Positions 1-9,020 of a DNA stretch of 29,749 nt are shown here, piece by piece. Source of the stretch: Candidatus Heimdallarchaeota archaeon (GTDB taxonomy: Archaea; Asgardarchaeota; Heimdallarchaeia; Heimdallarchaeales; Heimdallarchaeaceae). The notes beneath the pieces were generated by a model. That model ran no database searches and was not told the origin of the DNA. It worked only from the letters and a program-made list of their open reading frames with translations. Location: the NCBI GenBank assembly GCA_021399395.1, contig JAAFKJ010000178.1:1-29749 (forward strand), in the 5' to 3' direction. How positions within the stretch are numbered: the stretch's first letter is position 1; each line of letters starts with the position of its first letter. Position numbers and translations under genes: made by a program.

Positions 1-78
1 AACACAACCAAAAGCGATCCGAAAGCTTTGTCTCTGAACAAGGTGAACGGGGTAGGAGGGGATGTGACGTCCCCATGA
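1..78 (+). CDS. 3' end of a CDS entering from the left edge (NTTKSDPKALSLNKVNGVGGDVTSP*); possibly the C-terminal tail of an IS200/IS605 TnpB-like protein
   Basis: Frame +1 is open from base 1 to TGA at 76-78. The Gly/Val/Pro tail overlaps the first hairpin of a structured region, as TnpB tails overlap their omega-RNA. Only 25 codons are visible. Confidence 0.3.
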   Translation, partial: NTTKSDPKALSLNKVNGVGGDVTSP

Positions 79-180
79 TGTGCATGATGCACTTCTAAAG
101 AATTTGTACAAAATTCATGTCATAAGGTTACAAACATCAGTTCAATGTAGATGAACAAAAGAAAGTACTCTGATGTGCAA
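58..180 (+). ncRNA. Putative structured RNA or transposon right end (omega-RNA-like)
   Basis: Consecutive inverted repeats: GGGGATG-TGA-CGTCCCC (58-74), GTGCAT-G-ATGCAC (80-92), GAATTT-GTACA-AAATTC (100-116), and ACATCAG (134-140)/CTGATGT (170-176) with GTTCA/TGAAC (140-156) inside or alternative to it. Confidence 0.3.
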
Positions 181-215
181 AACACTTTTCTTCTATATTG
201 TTATAATGTTATATT

Positions 216-983
216 ATGAAAAATGTAGAAGTTTGTCTAACTTTTGATCTTGATGCGGAAAGTGCTCAAATTAGAAGAGAAGACGAACCGGTTAAAGTTT
301 CTAAAGGACAGTTTGCGATTCAAAGAGGTGTTCCTCGAATTCTAGAATTATTAGAAAAATATAACATAAAAGGCACTTTCTTTGTTTGTGGTTGGGTGGT
401 TGATAAGTATCCAGGAACAATTGCTACCATAAGAGATGCTGGACATGAAATTGGTGCTCATGGGTATTTACATGAAGAACTGGATAAATTAGAATTCAAT
501 GAAGAAGTAGTTATTCATGAACATACAGATAAACTACTGGAAGAGTTAGATATCTCAGTAAAAGGGTTCAGAGCCCCATATTGGAAACTTTCAAAGAACA
601 CTCTTACTATCATAGCGGAGATGGGATACAGATATGATTCTTCTTTCATGGATGAAGATAGACCTTACATTTACTCCGTACCTGAGTCACCAAGAAATCT
701 TGTAGAATTCCCAGTAGAATGGTTCATGGATGACTGGATACTATTCGAAACTCATCAAAAATCACCAACAGAGGTTTTCGATATATGGAAGTCTCAATTT
801 GATGCGCTTATGGAAATGGAAGATCTGAAAGATGGGAAAAAGGTCTATACCTTAACCTGCCATCCCAGCTGTATTGGACATGCCTATAGAATAACAGTAC
901 TTGATAGACTAATTAGATATATGAAATCCAAACAAGCTCGTTTCCACATGATGTATGATTTAGCAGTAGATTATCTGCTATAG
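216..983 (+). CDS. Polysaccharide deacetylase, carbohydrate esterase family 4 (PuuE/HpPgdA-like)
   Basis: CE4 motifs TFDLD, TFFV, EIGAHGYLH (metal His pair), GFRAPY, YDSS and HP near the C-terminus. Confidence 0.9.
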   Translation: MKNVEVCLTFDLDAESAQIRREDEPVKVSKGQFAIQRGVPRILELLEKYNIKGTFFVCGWVVDKYPGTIATIRDAGHEIGAHGYLHEELDKLEFNEEVVIHEHTDKLLEELDISVKGFRAPYWKLSKNTLTIIAEMGYRYDSSFMDEDRPYIYSVPESPRNLVEFPVEWFMDDWILFETHQKSPTEVFDIWKSQFDALMEMEDLKDGKKVYTLTCHPSCIGHAYRITVLDRLIRYMKSKQARFHMMYDLAVDYLL

Positions 984-2705
984 TTAATGGTAAAGATAGA
1001 GAAATCTTTCCATATAATAGAGAAAAACTTGATTATAATACCCTGAAAAGTATAAATCTGATGCATGTCCCCCATATGGAAAAGTTAGCAGAGCACAATC
1101 GCTTCTTCCTAAATTTATGTGCGTGTCTTTAAGTAATTGTGATTGGATTATTAAATGATCTTTTTCACCTTGGAAAATCAGACATGGTGGAGAGCTTGAA
1201 TTAATCAACAGGTAGGGATTAACCCATTCTTGTTTTGAGGTTATCGCAAATATATTACTATTATTGTTAGCTGGATAGTAGGGTATGAACCCTCTGATAT
1301 TCATTTGATCAGAAAAGATGTCAGTATAGTTTCCTGATGCAATACTTAGTGAAACTGCACAGGTGAGTTGTCCACCAGATGACCCTCCAGATACAAAAAC
1401 GGAATTAAGGTTTACTCTGTATTCTGATGAATGTAGTTCCAAAAATGCAGTAAAATTACCTATATGTCTAACCATATCGTCTATAGTGAAATTACTAACA
1501 ACGTTTGCAGGTGGAGGATATACACTCCCTAAATTGGAAGTCATATTTGTCAAACCATATTGAACATCAAATACACAATAACCTTGGGCTGCAAGATAAC
1601 GGTTCATCATTCTTATATTGCCTAACCCTTTATCTCCGATGGTCCATCCCCCACCATGGATTCTGATAATAATTGAATTGTTACCAGGTAGATCTGCTCC
1701 ATTGTTTGGAGGGAGGTACGCATCGAAATACAAGAGCACATTATTGTCAATCGTAAATGCACTCTCACTCCCATTAAAATATAAAACATCTAGAAATGTT
1801 TCACATTGGGGATTTCCGTTACCAATAAAATATCCCATAATTTGAAAGGGCTGTTTGAGAAAATAATCTTCATATCCTGATTGTGAAATCACCTCTTTCC
1901 AATCGCCCCCAAAATACGGATTGAAAGCTTGTGAAAATTCTGCATCAGCTTGAACAACAAAAGAAGGTGTAGAGAATAGAGGAACAAAACAGATACTAGA
2001 AATAATCACACCTATTGATGCTATGATTGAGATTTTAGTTTTGAAGTATTTCTTGTTCATTTTCACGGAATGTAGGAGAATAAATGTGTTGGACATTGCA
2101 CCCAAACCAAAGAAAATTCCCGACATTGCAGCGAAAACTGAGAAGAAGAAGGAGAAAAGTCCAAATCTGAGAGTAGTTAGTATAGTAAGATCTGTAAGAA
2201 TACCAAGAACTAGTCCAATTATATTACCAGCAATAAGTGTAACTTTGAGAAATATCTCCAGTCGCTTCCTTACTGGTTTTTCTTCTTGTGAAACTTCTTC
2301 TTTCTTACTGTATATGAAAAATGCAGTTAAAGTAAGAGGATAGATTAGCACGCCAAAATAGCTCAATCCAATGAGTAAAGCAATTGCAAAGTTAAATCCC
2401 AAACCAACATTGAAACCAATAAAATTAGCTAAAAATAACATGAAATAAGCTAAAATAGAAAACAGAAAATACCCATAAGAGGCTAATCTGAATTTTCTCT
2501 GATTAATATTGGACTTTCCTATTTTACCAAAATAGATAATTGTTACTCCATTAAGAAAGATAGTTGATATAAAGAGAATCCCTGCAAAATTCCAATAATG
2601 TGAATTACTAGGAACAGCTAGATAGACCATCCCATGAATGATACTAATAATATTCAAAAGAATTGAAATCGTACCCAAAATATAGTTGAATCCCTTCTTA
2701 TTCAT
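984..2705 (-). CDS. Membrane-anchored alpha/beta-hydrolase (HSL-family esterase/lipase) with about 7 N-terminal TM helices
   Basis: HGGGW oxyanion motif, GGSSGG nucleophile elbow, GEKD acid and GGH catalytic His. The N-terminal ~245 aa are hydrophobic. Confidence 0.85.
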   Translation of the reverse strand: MNKKGFNYILGTISILLNIISIIHGMVYLAVPSNSHYWNFAGILFISTIFLNGVTIIYFGKIGKSNINQRKFRLASYGYFLFSILAYFMLFLANFIGFNVGLGFNFAIALLIGLSYFGVLIYPLTLTAFFIYSKKEEVSQEEKPVRKRLEIFLKVTLIAGNIIGLVLGILTDLTILTTLRFGLFSFFFSVFAAMSGIFFGLGAMSNTFILLHSVKMNKKYFKTKISIIASIGVIISSICFVPLFSTPSFVVQADAEFSQAFNPYFGGDWKEVISQSGYEDYFLKQPFQIMGYFIGNGNPQCETFLDVLYFNGSESAFTIDNNVLLYFDAYLPPNNGADLPGNNSIIIRIHGGGWTIGDKGLGNIRMMNRYLAAQGYCVFDVQYGLTNMTSNLGSVYPPPANVVSNFTIDDMVRHIGNFTAFLELHSSEYRVNLNSVFVSGGSSGGQLTCAVSLSIASGNYTDIFSDQMNIRGFIPYYPANNNSNIFAITSKQEWVNPYLLINSSSPPCLIFQGEKDHLIIQSQLLKDTHINLGRSDCALLTFPYGGHASDLYFSGYYNQVFLYYMERFLYLYH

Positions 2706-2891
2706 TGATTTTCCTTTCCTATGTTATGCTTAATGGTGTGTCTAGTATCTCTTCACTTTTTACTTCCCGGAAATTATTTCTACTTGAACGGACAATTGCG
2801 AAACCTATCTCAAGAATATACCGTACTTCTTATAGATAGAGGTGATAATTTTAGATATTAAAATATGTTGGAAAAAAAATGAAAGATTGAG

Positions 2892-3974
2892 TTACAATGA
2901 ACTCAAATAATTAAACCATTCAACTACTTTTTCATTAAAGAAACTAATTAGACCTGATATTGTTCCTAAGGCTGAATATACAAACAAAGAATAATATTGC
3001 CATCTAGAGATATTGATTCCGAAGATTGCTTCTAATTTATGCTTGTAGATTTTAATTGGTATATTCACTGCTTTGATAATCTTGAAGTGTTGTTCAAATT
3101 CAAGTCTGAGATTGCTAACTAATTCCTTTGACCATCTTGTTGGAGTTAAGAAGAACTCAACTACAATTTCCTCTGCGCTTGGGTCAAAAAATACTGTTCG
3201 TTGACTTGGTGAAACAACTGCTACATTCCCTATCGCTATTGGTCTAACAATCAGTGTATCTTCAGATAGTCCTTCTATTCTAGTTGTAGCTTCAGTTACT
3301 TTTTCACCCAGTTTTGTTACATTGAGTGAGAAGTATTCTGCTTCTTTCTTATCTAGTTCAAGTTCTTTTATTGTTAGCTCATCTTTGAATTTTTCAGATT
3401 TGATCAAGGTAACTTTTAATCTGAAAACCTCATCCAAACACATATTCTTAGGCAATTGTATGGATAAATCACGAGACATATCATCAAGCACTTCAGCTTC
3501 CTCTTTTATCTCAATTGCTTCTACTACCTCTGCTTCTTCGATCATCTCAGCTTCTTCAGCCATTTCCAATTCGTCATCGAAACCTCCAGCTGATTTTTTG
3601 TAGTCAGCAATTTCCGCAGATTTTGGTGCATAACCCGAACCTGGTGATGGTCCTGTTAGAGCATCTTCATTGTCTTCTTCTGATTCTTCATCAAATACAA
3701 TTTTCTCCCGTTCTTCTTCTCTATAATCAAGAATTGGTTCAGAACTAGAAGGCAATGTTTGTGGTCTAGCACTTTTACTTCGTCTACCCTTTGCTTTTCT
3801 TTTGGATGTGGTTCCAACTTCATAAGATTCTCTGAACATTTTCCTTCGATCTCGTATGTTGAATAATCTATCACCAAAATCAATTTTCCTTGCTGATATA
3901 GCAACTATGATAGCAAAAACTGCAGTCCCGATAAGAACTGCGCCTATCGTATAATATAATGCGTTTAAAGCCAT
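2892..3974 (-). CDS. Hypothetical membrane protein: N-terminal TM, basic then acidic low-complexity linker, beta-rich domain, C-terminal TM
   Basis: 360-aa ORF with hydrophobic segments at both ends and an E/D-rich middle. An oligo-T tract (A-run 2872-2879 on +) lies downstream. Confidence 0.75.
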   Translation of the reverse strand: MALNALYYTIGAVLIGTAVFAIIVAISARKIDFGDRLFNIRDRRKMFRESYEVGTTSKRKAKGRRSKSARPQTLPSSSEPILDYREEEREKIVFDEESEEDNEDALTGPSPGSGYAPKSAEIADYKKSAGGFDDELEMAEEAEMIEEAEVVEAIEIKEEAEVLDDMSRDLSIQLPKNMCLDEVFRLKVTLIKSEKFKDELTIKELELDKKEAEYFSLNVTKLGEKVTEATTRIEGLSEDTLIVRPIAIGNVAVVSPSQRTVFFDPSAEEIVVEFFLTPTRWSKELVSNLRLEFEQHFKIIKAVNIPIKIYKHKLEAIFGINISRWQYYSLFVYSALGTISGLISFFNEKVVEWFNYLSSL

Positions 3975-4116
3975 GAAATATTATTGTAGTACGGTTTAAA
4001 TAAATCTTCTGGAGAACTGTGAAAATTAGCAGAATATGTCACAAAATATTCGATGTTTTACTCACGTAATACGTGTCTTTTTTAATATAGCAATTAGCTC
4101 ACAAAATGGGGTATTC

Positions 4117-4425
4117 ATGGCAAAGAAAATGTGTTATGAAGGTGAGGTCGTTTTTGTTAACAAATATGGTACAAGATACCGTAGATGCGAGAAAACTGAT
4201 TGTCTTTGGAACGCCGATTGTAACGAGATATCAACTGGTGGAATAATGTCTGGAAAGATACGTGTTCCAAGGTTTAAAGCAAGAGTATGTAATTGTTCAA
4301 CAGAGAACCCTGTCGCTTTAACTGAAGCTCTAAAAATGAGTTGTTATCCAATTGAAGAAAGGGTAGCAGGAGATCTAACCAATCTCGAGTTTATTAGAAA
4401 TATGAGACAGAAACAAGCATTATAA
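4117..4425 (+). CDS. Small Cys-rich hypothetical protein (102 aa, 7 Cys)
   Basis: The ORF track starts at 4036, but the in-frame ATG at 4117 follows GGGGT and is the more plausible start. Cys pattern C..CEKTDC..C..CNC..C. Confidence 0.65.
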   Translation: MAKKMCYEGEVVFVNKYGTRYRRCEKTDCLWNADCNEISTGGIMSGKIRVPRFKARVCNCSTENPVALTEALKMSCYPIEERVAGDLTNLEFIRNMRQKQAL

Positions 4426-4467
4426 TGGTTGAAAATTTAAATACTTGTTATTCTACTTGTTCTTGCG

Positions 4468-5172
4468 ATGGACAGGAAAGTTCTAAGAAACATCTTCATT
4501 GCTATAGCAAGTTTAATCGTGATAGCACTTCTATTTGAAATAGTTGCTATGGTTTATTTTCCTGGAGGTAACCACGTTACAGGAGATACTGAGGGATTCG
4601 ATTTCATTTATAACACTTTAACTGATTTGGGAAGAGATCCTACACCAAGTGGGAAACCAAACTTAATCTCACGTCCGTTATATCGTATAGCTATTTTCTA
4701 TATGTCGTTTTTCTCGATTGTCTACCATTCGATTATCTGGAAATTTTTTACCAAGAATAAACTAACCAAATATCTGAGTATTGCCGGTTCTTTCTTTGGC
4801 ATCGCCCAAGCAGGGTTATATATAGGTGTTCTATTTGTTGAAAAACATCCTGAACACAATCAGCTTATAGAGGCAGCAGCTGGATCTTTAATTCTTTCTG
4901 TGTTATTATATACTATAGCATTTTTTAGGAACAAAGATTTTCACAAAATTAACAAATGGACATATTTCTCTATATTCTGTGTAGCAATTATCTATGCAAT
5001 TGTAATCCTTATCGGATTTTTAATAGTAAATTCTGGCGGTTCAAATGTGATATTTGTCACAAGTCAGAGAATAGGCCATACATTATTTAGTTGGTGTCTA
5101 AAAATCTCATTTACCATACAATCAGTGGCAATTTATTACTTTCTAAAACAGAAAGAGGTTGTAGCAGCATAG
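4468..5172 (+). CDS. Polytopic membrane protein, DUF998/Frag1-DRAM-Sfk1-like
   Basis: About 6 TM segments; YFPGG...FDFIYNTLTDLG resembles the DUF998 N-x-(I/L)-S-D-L-G motif; His (HPEHN) before TM4. Confidence 0.6.
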   Translation: MDRKVLRNIFIAIASLIVIALLFEIVAMVYFPGGNHVTGDTEGFDFIYNTLTDLGRDPTPSGKPNLISRPLYRIAIFYMSFFSIVYHSIIWKFFTKNKLTKYLSIAGSFFGIAQAGLYIGVLFVEKHPEHNQLIEAAAGSLILSVLLYTIAFFRNKDFHKINKWTYFSIFCVAIIYAIVILIGFLIVNSGGSNVIFVTSQRIGHTLFSWCLKISFTIQSVAIYYFLKQKEVVAA

Positions 5173-5292
5173 AATAGTTGTTTTAAGCTCTAGATTTATT
5201 GAGTATCATTAATCAGAAAGAAATATGCAAAATTAAGACAATCGTTACTTTTGAGAAAGTAAATAGCATACTCTTTGAAATATTGAAGATTG

Positions 5293-5322
5293 AAAAATAA
5301 GAAAAAGAAAGAAAAGAAAAAG
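5293..5322 (-). terminator. Oligo-T (archaeal-type) terminator tract downstream of the SPFH gene
   Basis: A-rich tract on + (T-rich on -) immediately after the stop codon at 5324. Confidence 0.45.
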
Positions 5323-5323
5323 A

Positions 5324-6310
5324 TTAATCCATTTTTTCGCCACAGTTACCACAGAATTTGGCACCTGTTTCATTTTTGGACCCACAGTTGGTACAAAACT
5401 TCAATTTTCCTGATTTCTCATCATCTGTCGGATCACCACAGTGGGCGCAGAACTTCGCTGCTGGAGAGACTTTCTTTCCACATTGGTTACAATCAATAAA
5501 AGCTGCTTCAACATCACCTTTTTCTTCAATTTTGGTGGCTTGTTTTATTTCACCTCTAGAGAAAAGATTGTTAACCATGACAGCACCAGTCAAACCACTT
5601 CCACCTTCAGGGAGTTTTTCAACAACTTTAGCCATACCAGCATACTGTTGTACTTGACCTGCTGAAACACCAGAACGCATCCAGAAGAGTCTGTCTCTGT
5701 ATTCAGGTGTAGTATCAATGCCTCCAAACTTTAGTGTTTTTAGCTTGATTCCGAATTCTTTGAGATCAGGTTTTACTTCATCTTCTACGAAATCTGAAGT
5801 TTTTCCTAAATTGGACATTAGATCAACTATACTTTTTTCTGATAGTTTGCTAATAACAGATTCTACAATGAATGAACGGAAAAATTCATTGAATGCAGCT
5901 GTTGTATAGATATTTCTATTACCTGCTATTTCAAATGCGAATTTCTGTATGTCGTCAATCTTGTAGTAATAATCACCAAAGAATTGCACTGGAGCTAATT
6001 CTTGTGTTTGAGATCGCCCTCCGAATTTTCCTTGAAAGTCTGCCATATTTATGAAAATCACTTGACAATTGAATGGTGATTTATCAAATCCAACTATTTT
6101 CGACAAAAATGTTGTTAACAATGGAATATTCTTGGTTTTTATAAAATGTCTACCTGGTTTTAGAACATCAAAGACTACTGAATCTTTGATGAAAACTGCT
6201 ACCTGGTTAGGTAAAACATTACATTGGTCTCCCCAATTCAAAGTGTCACGAGGATGTCTGTACATTATCTCGTCGCCTCGACCTAGGGGCCATTCTATTA
6301 CTTCTACCAT
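5324..6310 (-). CDS. SPFH (band 7) domain protein with C-terminal double zinc ribbons (YdjI-like)
   Basis: N-terminal QCNVLPNQVAVFIKDS...LKPGRH...TKNIPLL, typical of YdjI-type SPFH proteins. C-terminal CNQC/CAHC and CTNC/CGNC. GAGGT precedes the ATG. Confidence 0.85.
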   Translation of the reverse strand: MVEVIEWPLGRGDEIMYRHPRDTLNWGDQCNVLPNQVAVFIKDSVVFDVLKPGRHFIKTKNIPLLTTFLSKIVGFDKSPFNCQVIFINMADFQGKFGGRSQTQELAPVQFFGDYYYKIDDIQKFAFEIAGNRNIYTTAAFNEFFRSFIVESVISKLSEKSIVDLMSNLGKTSDFVEDEVKPDLKEFGIKLKTLKFGGIDTTPEYRDRLFWMRSGVSAGQVQQYAGMAKVVEKLPEGGSGLTGAVMVNNLFSRGEIKQATKIEEKGDVEAAFIDCNQCGKKVSPAAKFCAHCGDPTDDEKSGKLKFCTNCGSKNETGAKFCGNCGEKMD

Positions 6311-6390
6311 TTTTATACCTCTTTAGTATTATAGAATTATTAACCGCTAATGGTTCTAATTCAATTTAATGATTTCCTTACTTTTAAATG

Positions 6391-7263
6391 TTACAATAAG
6401 GGGCAAGTAGCAGTATCTTCTTTTTTGAGTAATTTTCTTTTGGTAATTATTCTTGAAACTATGAATATTGCACCTAGAACAATATAGAAGCTCAAATATA
6501 CTATTAACTCTAACCAAGTAGGTTTATCTTGGTATCCAAATAAAGCTCTTAAGAATTGGCCCAATTCAGTCGTTTTGTCATTTAATATATTACTTGAGTC
6601 CCACACATATTGTTGTAACCAATGAGTGTCAGGACCAAACCAACCTATCTCTTGAAATTCATGAAACCCATGTGCAATCATCCCAGCAGCAAAAAGGATC
6701 AATAAGAAGCCGGTGATTACGAAAAACCATTTAAGATTAATTTTCTTTCCAGAATAAAAAATCATTATAGCTATTGCGACTGCAACTACTATTCCAAGTA
6801 TTCCTGACCATAATACCACCCAGAAGCTTTCTTCAATGGCTTCAACACCTGCTAGAAATAGAACTGTTTCTATTCCTTCTCTCAATACAGATATCAATGC
6901 CAGTGCCAATAAGCCATATTTCCGCTGATTTGCAATTGACTTATCTACTTTGTTTTCGATTTCTTTTCTAAGATTTTTACTTGCTTTAGCCATCCATATT
7001 ATCATCCATGTTAATAGTAGTGATGCTATAATCATTGCAAAACCTTCAAAGACCTTTTCATAATTAGCAAAACCACCCAAAACAAGTTGGAAAATGACCG
7101 CTGAGAGTATTGAAAGAATAACTCCTATCCCAGTCCCTATCCAAATCTGCTTTCTATATTTTTTTTGATCAATTTTTGTAACGTAAACTAATAGTATACC
7201 AATGATAAGAGATGCTTCTATTGCTTCTCGCAATGTTATCAGAAAGCTAACAGTACTAAACAT
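6391..7263 (-). CDS. FTR1/EfeU-family high-affinity iron permease
   Basis: Two RExxE motifs (LREAIE, LREGIE), about 7 TMs, HGFHEFQE and LFGY..P motifs. Confidence 0.92.
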   Translation of the reverse strand: MFSTVSFLITLREAIEASLIIGILLVYVTKIDQKKYRKQIWIGTGIGVILSILSAVIFQLVLGGFANYEKVFEGFAMIIASLLLTWMIIWMAKASKNLRKEIENKVDKSIANQRKYGLLALALISVLREGIETVLFLAGVEAIEESFWVVLWSGILGIVVAVAIAIMIFYSGKKINLKWFFVITGFLLILFAAGMIAHGFHEFQEIGWFGPDTHWLQQYVWDSSNILNDKTTELGQFLRALFGYQDKPTWLELIVYLSFYIVLGAIFIVSRIITKRKLLKKEDTATCPLL

Positions 7264-7424
7264 TTCAATCCCAAATAAAATTCAAGCAACATTCCACAAG
7301 TTACAAATAAAAGCTTTAGTTTGAACAAAAATTCTATTTCTGAGCACTATTTTCTTGAAATCGCTTCGAATCCATTCCGTTTGTAAAAATTTAAGAATAG
7401 GTGAAAGCGACTGTTTGTTTAATA

Positions 7425-9020
7425 ATGCCATCCAAAAAAACCCTCAGTAGACTGAATCACATCTTTGGATTCATCTTGTATTGTCTGTTTCTACTATACT
7501 TTGGCTCATCTATAGCGGCTTTCGTAGTTAATGCATCTGAACTTGGAGCGGGAGGAATAATACTTAATTTCTTAGTCTTAGTTATTGAATTACTAGGTCC
7601 TCTATATGCAACTTATTTCCTTATTCAGAACATTGATGGTGTTCTTGATATCGGATCAGTAGAATATGATATCAAGAAAACTAAAGACCATCCTGCTATT
7701 GATGTAATTGTTCCCGTTCACAATGTAAATCCCAAAATTCTAGATTTAACACTTGAGGGTTGTAGTAAATTCACTTATCCCAATTTCAAAGTCTGGATAG
7801 CAGACGATAATTCCTTACCGGAATTTGAAGAGTCTACACAGAAGCTAGCTCAGAAATATGGTTTTACCTATCTCCGAGGAAAAGGTAGATCCTACAAAGC
7901 AGGAGTTGTTAATCAAGTAATGTCTGAAGCAAAAGCTCAATTTGTTGTAGTTTTTGATTCTGATCAAATACCTGTACCAGATATTCTGGACAAATACATT
8001 GCAATTCTAGAACAACATCCTGAATTTGCCTTTGTTCAAGCAAAATATGAATTCAGAAGCGTGTCTAATTTTCTACATATTTGGGAAACAATGTCTACTC
8101 ACCAATTATTTGTTTCTGAGGGTGGCAAAAGACGAATAAAATCAGTTGTTTTCTTTGGTACATCTGCTTGTTTCCGCAAAGAACACCTATATCCTATGCC
8201 AGAGAACAAGCTTTCAGAAGATTATGACCATTATATCACAATTGCAGCAAATGGCCATTACGGTTACTGGTTGAATGAAGTTGCTGCAAAGGGTTTGTCA
8301 ACAGAATCCTTTGATCATAAGATGTCACAGATGTTTCGCTGGACTAAAGGTCAATTTGGTGCAGTAATGGATCATAAGAAAGAGCTTTTTGTTAGCAAAC
8401 TAAGACTTCGTCAGAGAGTAGATATTTTTATGAGTTCAACTGTTGTGGTTGTTTTGACAGCTTTCTATTTCATGGGTGCGCTCTTTATTGCTCATTATTT
8501 CACAGACATACCTATGTATAGAGCGCTTGGTATTGATCAACTTGCACTTATCATTATGCCAGTAATTATTGCTTTGGTATACTTCGGTGTCTTTGGAGCT
8601 GTAGGAGCCTATTCCAAGAAATCTAACGATTTCAAATTTAGATGGTGGTATGTTCTTTACTTTATGCTATACGGAGCACTAATGGCACCATTCTTACTCA
8701 TTCCTTTAGGCAACGGTTTATTTGGCCGAAACAAGATAAAACCAGGTAAGAAGTTCCAATGGAACAAGAAAATCAGGGTCTATTTGATAGCTGTAATTTA
8801 TACAATTTTAGGAGCTGGGTTTGGCTTCTTAGGAGTAATCTCATTAATGGATTCTTTAAACATAGGTCCCTTTCAATTCTATACAGACCCAAACATGTTT
8901 TACATCATGTTTCTCTCAATAGCTTTCATGTTAATCTTTGCTTTACCATTTGTAGCCATTTCCAAGAAAATTTTCAAAATAGAAGAATATTATACCGAAG
9001 ATGCAAGCATCTACTACTAA
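7425..9020 (+). CDS. Processive GT2 glycosyltransferase, cellulose-synthase-like
   Basis: D,D,D,QxxRW signature: ADD, YKAG, FDSD, FFGTS, SED, QMFRW. Two N-terminal and several C-terminal TMs; no PilZ domain. ATG 7425 preferred over GTG 7401. Confidence 0.85.
   Translation: MPSKKTLSRLNHIFGFILYCLFLLYFGSSIAAFVVNASELGAGGIILNFLVLVIELLGPLYATYFLIQNIDGVLDIGSVEYDIKKTKDHPAIDVIVPVHNVNPKILDLTLEGCSKFTYPNFKVWIADDNSLPEFEESTQKLAQKYGFTYLRGKGRSYKAGVVNQVMSEAKAQFVVVFDSDQIPVPDILDKYIAILEQHPEFAFVQAKYEFRSVSNFLHIWETMSTHQLFVSEGGKRRIKSVVFFGTSACFRKEHLYPMPENKLSEDYDHYITIAANGHYGYWLNEVAAKGLSTESFDHKMSQMFRWTKGQFGAVMDHKKELFVSKLRLRQRVDIFMSSTVVVVLTAFYFMGALFIAHYFTDIPMYRALGIDQLALIIMPVIIALVYFGVFGAVGAYSKKSNDFKFRWWYVLYFMLYGALMAPFLLIPLGNGLFGRNKIKPGKKFQWNKKIRVYLIAVIYTILGAGFGFLGVISLMDSLNIGPFQFYTDPNMFYIMFLSIAFMLIFALPFVAISKKIFKIEEYYTEDASIYY

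Noticed and set aside
2803-2843. Imperfect intergenic hairpin (CTATCT-AAGAA / TTCTT-AGATAG)
   Set aside because: Single, AT-rich and imperfect; not enough to call an ncRNA or riboswitch.
4036-4116. N-terminal extension of the Cys-rich ORF
   Set aside because: It covers the AT-rich divergent promoter region; ATG 4117 has the better ribosome-binding context.
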